A stretch of 64,000 nucleotides of DNA from Candidatus Azambacteria bacterium (GTDB lineage: Bacteria > Patescibacteriota > Minisyncoccia > GWC2-36-17 > WO2-46-25), in the NCBI GenBank assembly GCA_016234725.1, contig JACRAK010000007.1, positions 2,121 to 66,120 on the forward strand. Direction: 5' to 3'. The position numbers and the translations under genes were made by a program. Below, in pieces: positions 9,401 to 15,169 of the stretch. The notes under the pieces are model-generated. The model was not told where the DNA came from. It made no database searches and saw only the letters and a list, made by a program, of their open reading frames with translations. Positions within the stretch are counted from its first letter, which is position 1. Every line of letters starts with the position of its first letter.

Positions 9401-10695
9401 CCGCCGCTAGCCGAAGAACCGCTGCCGCCTGCGCCGCCGCTTGCGGAAATAACGCCGCTGTTTGAGATGCTTGCACTTGTTAATTCTATTCTTCCTCCTG
9501 CGCCGCCGCCGCCGCCAAATGTACATCCGGTACCGCCTGCGCCGCCGTTTTCGGTTACCGCACCAGTCACTGTAATGTTGCCGCTACTTATTATTTTAAG
9601 ATATCCGCCACCTGCGCCGCCGCCGCCACCTGGATTATATGTGCTATTTCCACTACCGCCGCCGCCACCTGCGCCGCCGAGTTCAAGATTATACGCGGAG
9701 CTACCCCTCCCGTAACTTGTACCGCCGCCATTGCCGCCTGCGCCCCCATATCCGCCGCCGCCGCCGCTACCATAAGTACTGTAACCTCCCATACCGCCAA
9801 CAGTACCAGCGCCACCGCCACGCCCTGAATTCCCATTTGTATAACTTCCGGATGTCCCAGATCCGCCACTACCGCCATTATACCCGCCCGCAACACCCGT
9901 TGCACCAGCACCCGTTGTTCTTCCCGATACTCCACAATTTGTCGCACTACCACCGTTCGCACCATTGAGATTAATGGTACCGCTGACAGTGACATTTCCT
10001 GTGGCATTGATAGTAATGGCCGTAGAACCGGTCGCGGTTAAGGTAACTCCAGAATCAATATTAAAAGAAGTATAATTATAAGTTCCCGCGGCAATTACAC
10101 AATTCGGCGCAGTGCCGCTGATACCGGTGCCACTGCATGAACTAGTGGTCAGATTGACCGCTCCATCAGTGCCCGTGCCTCCACTAAAAGTAATCGCCGC
10201 CGATCCAGTAGTGGTTAACGTGCCGTCATCCGTAACAGTACCGTTTACAACAGCAAGCCGTAAACCCCCTGGCGTAGTTGTATAATCAATATGTGCATCG
10301 GTGGTGCTTGCGCTTGTCCACCCGGTTTGGTTGCTGGTGTGATTTGCAGAAGTCGTTTGATTCACCGACGACCAAGTGGTCTGTGCGAAACTGCCCGTCG
10401 AGGTGGCGACGGTCAGATCGGTTCCCGTAGTAAGATACGACGAGCTGGTGGAATAAAAGCTCGTCACACCAGTTTGTGCCGCACCACCCGTGTGGCCTGC
10501 AGTCGCATTGGTATCGGCAGAGGCCGCCCAATCATTTTGCGTGAACGTGAAGCTCGCCGCGAGCGCGGGAGCAGAAGGTGTAAGCGTGACGCTCACCACG
10601 TTCACCGCGACAAACGCAGTGACAAATATTTTCCTCACAAGACCTTTAAACTTTGAAGCTTTTAAACTTCTGCTCCCCTTTCCACCTCGACTCAT
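3421..10695 (-). CDS. giant surface protein (2424 aa): N-terminal signal/TM anchor, long Gly-rich low-complexity tract, Kelch-like beta-propeller repeats (FAKY..W.NLT), multiple Fn3/Ig-like domains, C-terminal coiled coil
   Basis: single uninterrupted ORF; N-terminal hydrophobic segment VTAFVAVNVVSVTL...ALAASFTF; recurring ~50-aa FAKYN.GTNTWT.LTS repeats; Fn3-like blocks (ITWKTD...YYYKV). Confidence 0.8.
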   Translation of the reverse strand: MSRGGKGSRSLKASKFKGLVRKIFVTAFVAVNVVSVTLTPSAPALAASFTFTQNDWAASADTNATAGHTGGAAQTGVTSFYSTSSSYLTTGTDLTVATSTGSFAQTTWSSVNQTTSANHTSNQTGWTSASTTDAHIDYTTTPGGLRLAVVNGTVTDDGTLTTTGSAAITFSGGTGTDGAVNLTTSSCSGTGISGTAPNCVIAAGTYNYTSFNIDSGVTLTATGSTAITINATGNVTVSGTINLNGANGGSATNCGVSGRTTGAGATGVAGGYNGGSGGSGTSGSYTNGNSGRGGGAGTVGGMGGYSTYGSGGGGGYGGAGGNGGGTSYGRGSSAYNLELGGAGGGGGSGNSTYNPGGGGGAGGGYLKIISSGNITVTGAVTENGGAGGTGCTFGGGGGAGGRIELTSASISNSGVISASGGAGGSGSSASGGGGGGGRVILRGSVSGSAPTVTGGSGANSGAAGVSVNGLGFYNGTNSSTEVNGSAGAGSVNLYKEISANAWVNLTEVAPVPYNSYIGGLAYDGNATIYSVKGYSTNGFARYSVMSNAWTDLTSTKPVPFNVGGGGVVYDSVTGNIFVIGGLGTTNFAKYNPGTNTWTNLTSTNPPPFSVSNGALVSDGSGTLYLAGAGGSTPTAQFAKYDTATGVWTNLTATKPLPWTVGAASMTHDSVNGDIYISAHQLVGGAPTDFAKFNIVSNTWTDLTSSNAMLNYGYIVFDGVGTLYSFYNSAPYFAKYTIASGAWTNLSTTYPNPWGVSVFGESSIVSIDNGNIFVAAELGTNSGRFNTKDNYATSGNFESGVIDLGGAATISSLAFNLNQPANTDLDIQVASSNSASGPWTYYNYDGSTTAVGSLSGTSKFSKDNTNCTVTGSNPYAVTCIIQSALASIINGNRYFRYKAFVSTTGTVVYANTTPSLSDITVSYQQYPIAAPGTNYSLVSSPFDTENDGNGISSISWSGVTSSSAVLKFRIRTASSLSGLATASWCGPTNCSGTDYFVDANNRGAIANTALTDGSGDRWFQYDAILQTTDGGSTPQLNDITVNYLKPLDSTNGYTLISSPYDSGSAANVIGDVRMSVSTLPTGTAAKIQVRTASASGGLSAASWYGPSGVDTYWVATGTGLNTFSTIPAALADGSNDQWYQYRITLIPSSNYLNAPYVASASVTYVVNTAPTVTNVVATTAATTNGATVADAGKVTVTYDLADDPSETSDAYEAYLFYDAGVTLTSDNTTTLTVSDTSKMPSSGYVQIGTEVVKYAAIVNGTTLGTLTRGSSDLSWPGASTRHTKAYSSGTTVWIKASGTTGDVGSVTKGTGKSIVWNQRAESQLANYSNYTAKVRVLVHDNNLANQLSSQSVSSTDSSANVIIDNVAPTFGFTFDAGVAGETGSATVSMSTSGDATSTAQYMIADDAATHSTASSTPWTTFTTPGTRAWTFDSDFEVKTLKVQVRDPYANTAATSTASTIMPAASSSFLVQDVSKVGTSDWRLFIGWETATSSDFASYKIEYATSTNNTTFSSYINATTPITSISTNYYVHQNLNTNLYYRYRLGVTAANGNTSIRSNASTTAKPDGAVNLGEGGGGNDATAPVVTNVASSLVKATSATVSFNATDGASGATNAAVYFATQQDFTNNVNSGKVGRERYTSKLGNPGYLTVATSTPATHTIALSNLTKNMQYRYAAESCDATGNCAFEGASDAGYTFTTQNGPAIVSGSIVATPAFDSASITWKTDKASDSIVFYATTSASALVNPISVGSSAQVTSADGNGQYVHTVVIPNLTYSATYYYKVRSTDQNSSSDSYTQYDESTIRSLTTTTQTPPAITTMAACSTTSSTATVTWTTDQFSTTELSLLSADVGANYFSTVAGAQVAQYPTGTIDNASRAAAGYVTAHSNTFTGLTESTTYYAKVRSLNASGGEVSATLSCATIAKDVVTVGRTIVEVGDVTPPLIASLVIKDIKATAATIAWTTDESADSLVKYGVTMNYGGLAGSEEMATDHTVTVSGLNPKTAYNFKVMSADQRGNRAYSGDQTFTTLTVEEEALLAKEDLESLKKELEELRGKAKTQDSLRDAVQRFKSILKSVSTDVSLSDLEELTTEITDTISEITQEVVPPAIIGGVPQVDIDSNKATVTWRTNKPAGSLIALVPQDEYDPNAKDPYTVQVGQPREEVTTHVVTVPNLEPATAYHFQIRSQAKVGPEGKSRDFVFETKPELPQILDYSFKRITENSITVVWKTNTLSNSQVRYTPFDDGELLSKEARTQGKPEFVKDHEVTVANLTSNTNFLIEISSADVTDARASKVIGTIRTTVDEKAPVISKVRSESTIFPGKTERTQTLIYWETDEPSTSQIFWKEGVGKGDLVEFSKLDQEYTTSHVMVITSFKPGAVYRFQVESADPSNNKGRSTDFTILTPKKGETVIDLIITNFQDIFGFLKQL

Positions 10696-10726
10696 ATAAT
10701 GGTATTAATGATAACGACTACTCCAC

Positions 10727-10757
10727 AATTCCTACGAGGTGCGACCTCGTAGGAATT
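10727..10757. repeat. REP-like palindrome, variant copy 4 (aattcctacgaggt-gcg-acctcgtaggaatt)
   Basis: same acgaggt/acctcgt core as the RAYT REPs with a different loop; sits between the giant-gene start and the HEPN gene stop. Confidence 0.75.
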
Positions 10758-11184
10758 ATTTTATTTTTCCCAATACAAACTCCTTAATTTTCTTTGCCGC
10801 TTCATATGCCTTTCTTGCTTCTTGAAATGTAAACTCGGGGTAATCTCCTGTATATCGGGTCTCTACATAATATCTATTAAGGAGAACAAGATCGTCTTCA
10901 TAATTCTTGATCTCTTTTTCATAGTGCAATAATAGGTCTTCTAATTTTAACAAGTCATGTATTTTGGGAAATCTTTTATCATAAAACACAAGCATTCCTT
11001 TTAGGTATTTTTCCGCCATTTGTTGTGAAAGAAAGCATGCGGTGCTTGGCGCGCCGCGCTCATCTCTTAAAATTGCGCCGATAGAGAGCTCATCCTCTTG
11101 CGCTTTCTTAAACAATTCGTGATGTTTTGTTTCATTATTCATTGCCATATAAAACCTTCCCTTTTTCAAAAATATCTTCCACAA
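10756..11184 (-). CDS. HEPN domain protein (toxin-like partner of the upstream nucleotidyltransferase); true start probably an internal Met near 11148
   Basis: HEPN (PF05168-like) motifs QQMAEKYLKGML and LLNRYYVETRY; overlaps the MNT gene. Confidence 0.7.
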   Translation of the reverse strand: MWKIFLKKGRFYMAMNNETKHHELFKKAQEDELSIGAILRDERGAPSTACFLSQQMAEKYLKGMLVFYDKRFPKIHDLLKLEDLLLHYEKEIKNYEDDLVLLNRYYVETRYTGDYPEFTFQEARKAYEAAKKIKEFVLGKIK

Positions 11185-11452
11185 AAAAATCCTTCAATTC
11201 CATTCTTTTTTGCACTTGTGCCGGAGTATATACAATTAAATCCATTGCGAACTGCCTTGGAAAAACAAAGCGATCTATTTTTCGCGCCATATCCCTCGTG
11301 TTTTCAGTTTCCTTCACAATAAACAAATCTACATCGCTGTCTTCGGTAGGGTTTCCCCACGCGTAAGAGCCGAAAAGAATAATTTTTTCCGGATTATATT
11401 CCTTGCCAATCCTATCCGCTGTTTCCTGAATTTTTTCAAAAGCTATTTTCAT
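11135..11452 (-). CDS. minimal nucleotidyltransferase (MNT, Pol-beta superfamily) paired with HEPN
   Basis: GSYAWGNPTEDSDVDLFIV = GS..G..x(n)..D.D nucleotidyltransferase motif; 105 aa. Confidence 0.8.
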   Translation of the reverse strand: MKIAFEKIQETADRIGKEYNPEKIILFGSYAWGNPTEDSDVDLFIVKETENTRDMARKIDRFVFPRQFAMDLIVYTPAQVQKRMELKDFFVEDIFEKGKVLYGNE

Positions 11453-11457
11453 TTTTA

Positions 11458-11604
11458 TTATTTTCTCCTGGCATCCATGTACAAGCGCAACGCCTGGCGG
11501 ATGAATTCGCTCTTTGTCTTCTCCTCTTTTTTCACCAGCTGCGCCGCCTCTTTCTCAAGCTTAGGGGGCAACGATATCACCCACACTTTTCTCTGGATCG
11601 CCAT
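11458..11604 (-). CDS. ribbon-helix-helix (CopG/MetJ-like) small DNA-binding protein, 48 aa; not in the ORF track (<60 aa)
   Basis: manual translation MAIQRKVWVISLPPKLEKEAAQLVKKEEKTKSEFIRQALRLYMDARRK; stop 6 nt upstream of the MNT start. Confidence 0.55.
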   Translation of the reverse strand: MAIQRKVWVISLPPKLEKEAAQLVKKEEKTKSEFIRQALRLYMDARRK

Positions 11605-11739
11605 ACTGTATTACTTTGTATTACATACCCCTTCTCCCCCTTCTTTCTTTTTCTAGATTCTAAATCCTAGATTCTAACTTCTATGTGCTGTATTACTTTC
11701 ATTATACATACAACGAAAATAATAGGGAAATCCGCATAG

Positions 11740-11750
11740 TGTGGATAACT
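11740..11750 (-). promoter_or_regulatory. DnaA-box-like 11-mer AGTTATCCACA (reverse orientation)
   Basis: tgtggataact; one of four identical 11-mers in the window. Confidence 0.5.
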
Positions 11751-11865
11751 TCCTTATTCACATTTCTGACTTCCCTATCATTTCCTTATTCCTCATGAGG
11801 GAAGTCGGATTTCACTCACCAATAAAAAAGCTCCTCGTACATGAGGTGCTTATGCTCTGTCTATT

Positions 11866-11886
11866 CTCTACTCCCTACTCGCTAAT
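11866..11886. repeat. GTAG-repeat family copy (tctactccctactcgctaa) at the yraN 3' end
   Basis: nearly identical to cctactccctactcgctaat at 56786-56806. Confidence 0.6.
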
Positions 11887-12256
11887 GTATGTTGATATTC
11901 TCTATATGCCGTATCTCGGCTTCCCCGCTTACATCGTCAAACACTGCAGAAATGCTGTCCATCTGCCACTTTTGCTCAGGGGAGATCTTGCGCACGAACA
12001 AAAACATCTCGACTGTCCTGGCGAACTTTCTCAGTTTATGAAAGGTGATGTTTTCCTCCGGCGCGATGTAACTCCCCTTCTTTACGCTCTTTACCTCCAC
12101 AAAAACAATATCGCCGCCAGGACTTCTGGCGACGACATCTATCTCTCCGAACTTCGTATTAAAATTGCGCTCAATTATCGAATACCCTTCAGAAATAAGA
12201 TATTCTGCCGCTTTTTCTTCCCCCGTATTTCCCGTTGCGCGCCTTTGAGTGATCAT
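11882..12256 (-). CDS. yraN: YraN family (UPF0102) endonuclease; start moved to the Met at 12256 because the track's N-terminal extension is encoded by tRNA-derived repeats
   Basis: EKAAEYLISEGYSIIERNFNTKFGEIDVVA...VFVEVK matches UPF0102; upstream 144 nt of the track ORF are tRNA fragments. Confidence 0.75.
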   Translation of the reverse strand: MITQRRATGNTGEEKAAEYLISEGYSIIERNFNTKFGEIDVVARSPGGDIVFVEVKSVKKGSYIAPEENITFHKLRKFARTVEMFLFVRKISPEQKWQMDSISAVFDDVSGEAEIRHIENINIH

Positions 12257-12262
12257 CTTTTG

Positions 12263-12297
12263 TGGACTCACCGGGAATCGAACCCGGAACTCAGCAA
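12263..12297 (-). other. orphan 3' half of tRNA-Ala (anticodon-stem 3' strand to discriminator), preceded by GC-rich leader TTTAGGCGGGCAGG
   Basis: 35 nt identical to positions 38-73 of the adjacent complete tRNA-Ala. Confidence 0.8.
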
Positions 12298-12316
12298 CCT
12301 GCCCGCCTAAATTTTG

Positions 12317-12387
12317 TGGACTCACCGGGAATCGAACCCGGAACTCAGCAATGCGAATGCTGCGTAATACCATTTTACTACGAGCCC
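12317..12387 (-). tRNA. tRNA-Ala (anticodon CGC)
   Basis: hand-folded cloverleaf: acceptor GGGCTCG/TGAGTCC with G3:U70 Ala identity pair, D-stem GTAA/TTAC, anticodon stem CAGCA/TGCTG, loop TTCGCAT, T-arm CCGGG-TTCGATT-CCCGG. Confidence 0.8.
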
Positions 12388-12418
12388 TTTTAAAGTCCAC
12401 AAAACTTGGGCGGGTGAA

Positions 12419-12452
12419 CGAATGCTGCGTAATACCATTTTACTACGAGCCC
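12419..12452 (-). other. orphan 5' half of tRNA-Ala (positions 1-35, ends ...CAGCATTCG), followed by 31-nt element TTCACCCGCCCAAGTTTTGTGGACTTTAAAA (12388-12418)
   Basis: 34 nt identical to the 5' half of the complete tRNA-Ala. Confidence 0.8.
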
Positions 12453-12483
12453 TTTTAAAGTCCACAAAACTTGGGCGGGTGAA

Positions 12484-12519
12484 CGAATGCCGCGTACTAC
12501 GACTATACTATGAGCCCCC
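12484..12519 (-). other. orphan 5' half of a different tRNA (GGGGGCTCATAGTATAGTCGTAGTACGCGGCATTCG), followed by the same 31-nt element (12453-12483)
   Basis: tRNA-like acceptor, D-arm and anticodon-stem 5' strand ending at TTCG, then an identical junction sequence. Confidence 0.65.
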
Positions 12520-12613
12520 TCTTTTCTTTTAAAACGAAATCATTATAATGCATGCATTGCAATTTGACAACTTCATACTACCAAAATCGTTTTAACGAAA
12601 AAGGAGGTGTCTT

Positions 12614-12982
12614 ATGATGGACAAAAATGAAAGAGAGATACTTGTCAATGCTCTAAAGGTTATAAAGGGAACTCGTTTCATTCCTCACGTATATTCAAAC
12701 ATGGCCTACAATAGCCGAGAATATACTGATGCCGTCGACGCATTGGTGAAGCTTTCCGGGGACAATGAAATCAGGGAAAAAGCGCAGCACTACGCCTTAA
12801 AATGGGAAGAGCGATTGAAGGAAAGAGGGGAGAAGGATCTCAAAGAATCAACAAAAAACGGCACTGGAAAGACGTTAAAGATACTAGGGGGATGTCTTTT
12901 TGCGCTTGCCGCGATTGGCACAACCGCGGGGATTGTGCATCATAGGAGAAAAAAAAATGAACAAAAGAAAACAGGGGAATAA
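12614..12982 (+). CDS. hypothetical protein with C-terminal transmembrane segment
   Basis: strong SD AAGGAGGTG 7 nt upstream; 122 aa; C-terminal hydrophobic stretch ILGGCLFALAAIGTTAGIV. Confidence 0.55.
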   Translation: MMDKNEREILVNALKVIKGTRFIPHVYSNMAYNSREYTDAVDALVKLSGDNEIREKAQHYALKWEERLKERGEKDLKESTKNGTGKTLKILGGCLFALAAIGTTAGIVHHRRKKNEQKKTGE

Positions 12983-13055
12983 TCCCCTGTTTTCCATTTT
13001 TTGCGTTTCTTTAAACTTCCAGATTCTATTTTCTAGTTTCTAGATTCTGCCTTAA

Positions 13056-13095
13056 TGGTCGGAATGCCGGGAATCGAACCCGGATTACACGCACC
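13056..13095 (-). other. orphan tRNA 3' half with encoded CCA (GTGCGTG-TAAT-CCGGGTTCGATTCCCGG-CATTCCG-A-CCA), preceded by leader TTTAGGCGGGTGAGAGG
   Basis: T-arm identical to the tRNA-Ala T-arm; its acceptor strand has no partner in the adjacent complete tRNA. Confidence 0.65.
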
Positions 13096-13123
13096 TCTCA
13101 CCCGCCTAAATTTCGTCTTGTTG

Positions 13124-13194
13124 TCGGGGTACTCGGAATCGAACCGAGACCACACGCACCCGAAGCGTGCGTACTGCCACTATACTATACCCCG
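13124..13194 (-). tRNA. tRNA-Pro (anticodon CGG)
   Basis: hand-folded: acceptor CGGGGTA/TACCCCG, anticodon stem CACGC/GCGTG, loop TTCGGGT, T-arm CTCGG-TTCGATT-CCGAG. Confidence 0.75.
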
Positions 13195-13450
13195 AAACTT
13201 TGGCGGGCGGGGCGTGCGTAATGCTTCACCCTCCCACCTTTTACACATATTAACTCCTCTAGAAACCAATCACCAATTCTGCTGGACGCTATGCAACTGC
13301 GTGCAGATGTAAAAAGGCGGGAGGGCAAGCTATACCACATTCCGAAATCCCCTATTTTCACACACCCGAAACGTCTTATGCGGGCTTCTCCGATAATGCG
13401 CCTTTTCGGGATATGTTACCATTTCCCGAAAACCCGCGCTATACCTGCTG

Positions 13451-14989
13451 TTACACGCGAAACTTCCTCTGTTCTTCCTCCTCAAGCAACTTAACCTTCT
13501 CCTCGCCTTTCTTTATCATCTCCGAAAGCTCGCTGATAGAAAACTTATCCAACACAACCGCCCGCGCTTCCAGATAATCTTTATCGTTTTTTTGCGGGTC
13601 GTCAAGAACCTCTGAAAACAAGGCATTGAGAATGACCCCCACTTTCGGCCCCGGCGCAATGCCCAATATCCGCATCACCTCGTTTCCGTCAATTTTGAGC
13701 ATTTTAACGGAGATCGGGTCTTTTGACACCTTCTCGACCATATACCTGAAATGGCGCAATTTATAGGGCTCCGCCTTTGGCACGCCCGACCCTATCCTAT
13801 CGGCAAACCGAACATTGACGAGATCGTCCATATTTTCAAGCCCGACATTCCGTACCAGCCGCCGCACGGAAGACGCCGTCACCTCGTCTACATTATAGTA
13901 AAAGAGGTGATAGCGGATGAGTCGCGCGACATCCTCGATTTCCTTATTCGAGAACTTCAATCGGCTCATCGCCTGTGCGGCGATGCGCGCGCCGATCATG
14001 TCGTGGTTGTAAAACGTGGCATTCGGTCCCTCGCCCTGTTTTGCCTTCGGCTTCCCAACGTCATGGAGCAACGCCGCAAATCGCACCGTAAAACTAAACC
14101 CTTGCTCTGCGGCATAGCGGAGCGATTTTAAATTATGCTCATACACATCGAATATATGGTGTTTGTTTTGTGAAACGTGATACCCGTCAAGCAATTCCGG
14201 CAAAACGAAATGCAAGAGCCCGACCTGGCGCAATAGATCGATGCCGTCTGCCGCGTTTTTGCACATGACTATTTTTATGAGTTCGTCGCGGATGCGCTCG
14301 TGTGAAACAACGCGAATGAGAGCGGCGTGTTCCTTAACCGCGACGAGCGTTTGTTCTTCTATGGTAAACTCAAGCTGTGTCGCAAATCGCACCGCGCGCA
14401 CCAAGCGCAACGCGTCTTCATTGAACCGCTCACTTGCGTTTCCAACCGCACGCACTATTTTTTCTTTCAGGTCTTTTTGTCCACCGAATGGATCGATGAT
14501 CGTGAAACGTAAATCCTGAATCTTGGAGCTTGCATCTTGAATCATGGATCTTGAATCCTGGGTTTCGGGTTTCAAGTTTTGAGTTTCAAGATCGAGCGCC
14601 ATCGCGTTGATCGTAAAATCTCTCCGCGCAAGATCTTCTTGTAAATGCGTCGTATATTGCACGCTGTCCGGATGGCGTTTGTCGGAATATGCATTATCGA
14701 CGCGATATGTCGTGATCTGAATTTCCATGCCGTCAATGAACGCGGTCACTGTGCCGAATTTGTTTTCGTAAAAACTTTTGGGGAACACTGCCTGTACTTC
14801 CTCCGGCTTCGCGTTGGTCGCCACGTCCCAATCATTCGGTTCGCGCCCGAGCAACACGTCGCGCACGCAACCGCCGACGGCATACGCCGCAAATCCCGCG
14901 CGCGCCAGCTCGCTCCCGACGTACATCACTTCTTTCGGAATTACCTCATGCATGCGCATACTATAATACGCTAACGCGCTCCGGCGCAA
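13451..14989 (-). CDS. cca: CCA-adding tRNA nucleotidyltransferase (head domain + HD domain), carrying an in-frame ~25-aa repeat-derived insertion
   Basis: GGCVRD...DWD, RDFTINAMA...IIDPFGG and HD-domain HDVGK motifs; insertion LETQNLKPETQDSRSMIQDASSKIQDL between them. Confidence 0.85.
   Translation of the reverse strand: MRRSALAYYSMRMHEVIPKEVMYVGSELARAGFAAYAVGGCVRDVLLGREPNDWDVATNAKPEEVQAVFPKSFYENKFGTVTAFIDGMEIQITTYRVDNAYSDKRHPDSVQYTTHLQEDLARRDFTINAMALDLETQNLKPETQDSRSMIQDASSKIQDLRFTIIDPFGGQKDLKEKIVRAVGNASERFNEDALRLVRAVRFATQLEFTIEEQTLVAVKEHAALIRVVSHERIRDELIKIVMCKNAADGIDLLRQVGLLHFVLPELLDGYHVSQNKHHIFDVYEHNLKSLRYAAEQGFSFTVRFAALLHDVGKPKAKQGEGPNATFYNHDMIGARIAAQAMSRLKFSNKEIEDVARLIRYHLFYYNVDEVTASSVRRLVRNVGLENMDDLVNVRFADRIGSGVPKAEPYKLRHFRYMVEKVSKDPISVKMLKIDGNEVMRILGIAPGPKVGVILNALFSEVLDDPQKNDKDYLEARAVVLDKFSISELSEMIKKGEEKVKLLEEEEQRKFRV
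14511..14590. repeat. tandem ATCTTGAAT-type repeat block lying in-frame inside cca
   Basis: gaatcttggagcttgcatcttgaatcatggatcttgaatcctgggtttcgggtttcaagttttgagtttcaagatcg; related to blocks at 45784-45905 and 46341-46450. Confidence 0.7.
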
Positions 14990-15124
14990 TAATAATGACC
15001 GCGGTGATATGTATTACAGTGTATTACTCTATCTCGGTTCTTACTATGCCTGTTATTACTACGGGACGAAAGAGAGGAGAGGGGAGGGGAGAGAAAAAGA
15101 AGAAAGGAATTTGTAATACACTCG

Positions 15125-15156
15125 TCACAAACTCACGCGTATGCGTGAGTTTGTGA
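15125..15156. repeat. dispersed palindromic element copy 1 (tcacaaactcacgc-gtat-gcgtgagtttgtga), preceded by tgtaataca
   Basis: perfect 14-bp arms; near-identical copies at 15756-15789 and 24111-24142. Confidence 0.8.
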
Positions 15157-15169
15157 TTTTCCTGTTCTC

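Noticed and set aside
9344-9715. Pro-rich 123-aa plus-strand ORF (PPPPPP...) and several other long ORFs antisense to the giant gene (for example 9591-10007 and 9639-9968)
   Set aside because: They are mirror artefacts of the GGN/GCN-rich coding strand of the 2424-aa gene; they have no SD and no independent support
11741-12310. 189-aa plus-strand ORF overlapping yraN and the tRNA fragments
   Set aside because: It is antisense to a well-supported YraN ORF and to tRNA sequence; no RBS
12257-12400. N-terminal 48-aa extension of the yraN ORF in the track (MDFKRARSKMVLRSIRIAEFRVRFPVSPQ...)
   Set aside because: It is encoded entirely by tRNA-Ala halves and their duplicated leaders; the internal Met at 12256 gives the canonical YraN N-terminus
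13055-13494. Two plus-strand ORFs (85 and 67 aa) across the tRNA-Pro region
   Set aside because: They span tRNA and tRNA-fragment sequence on the opposite strand; no coding signal
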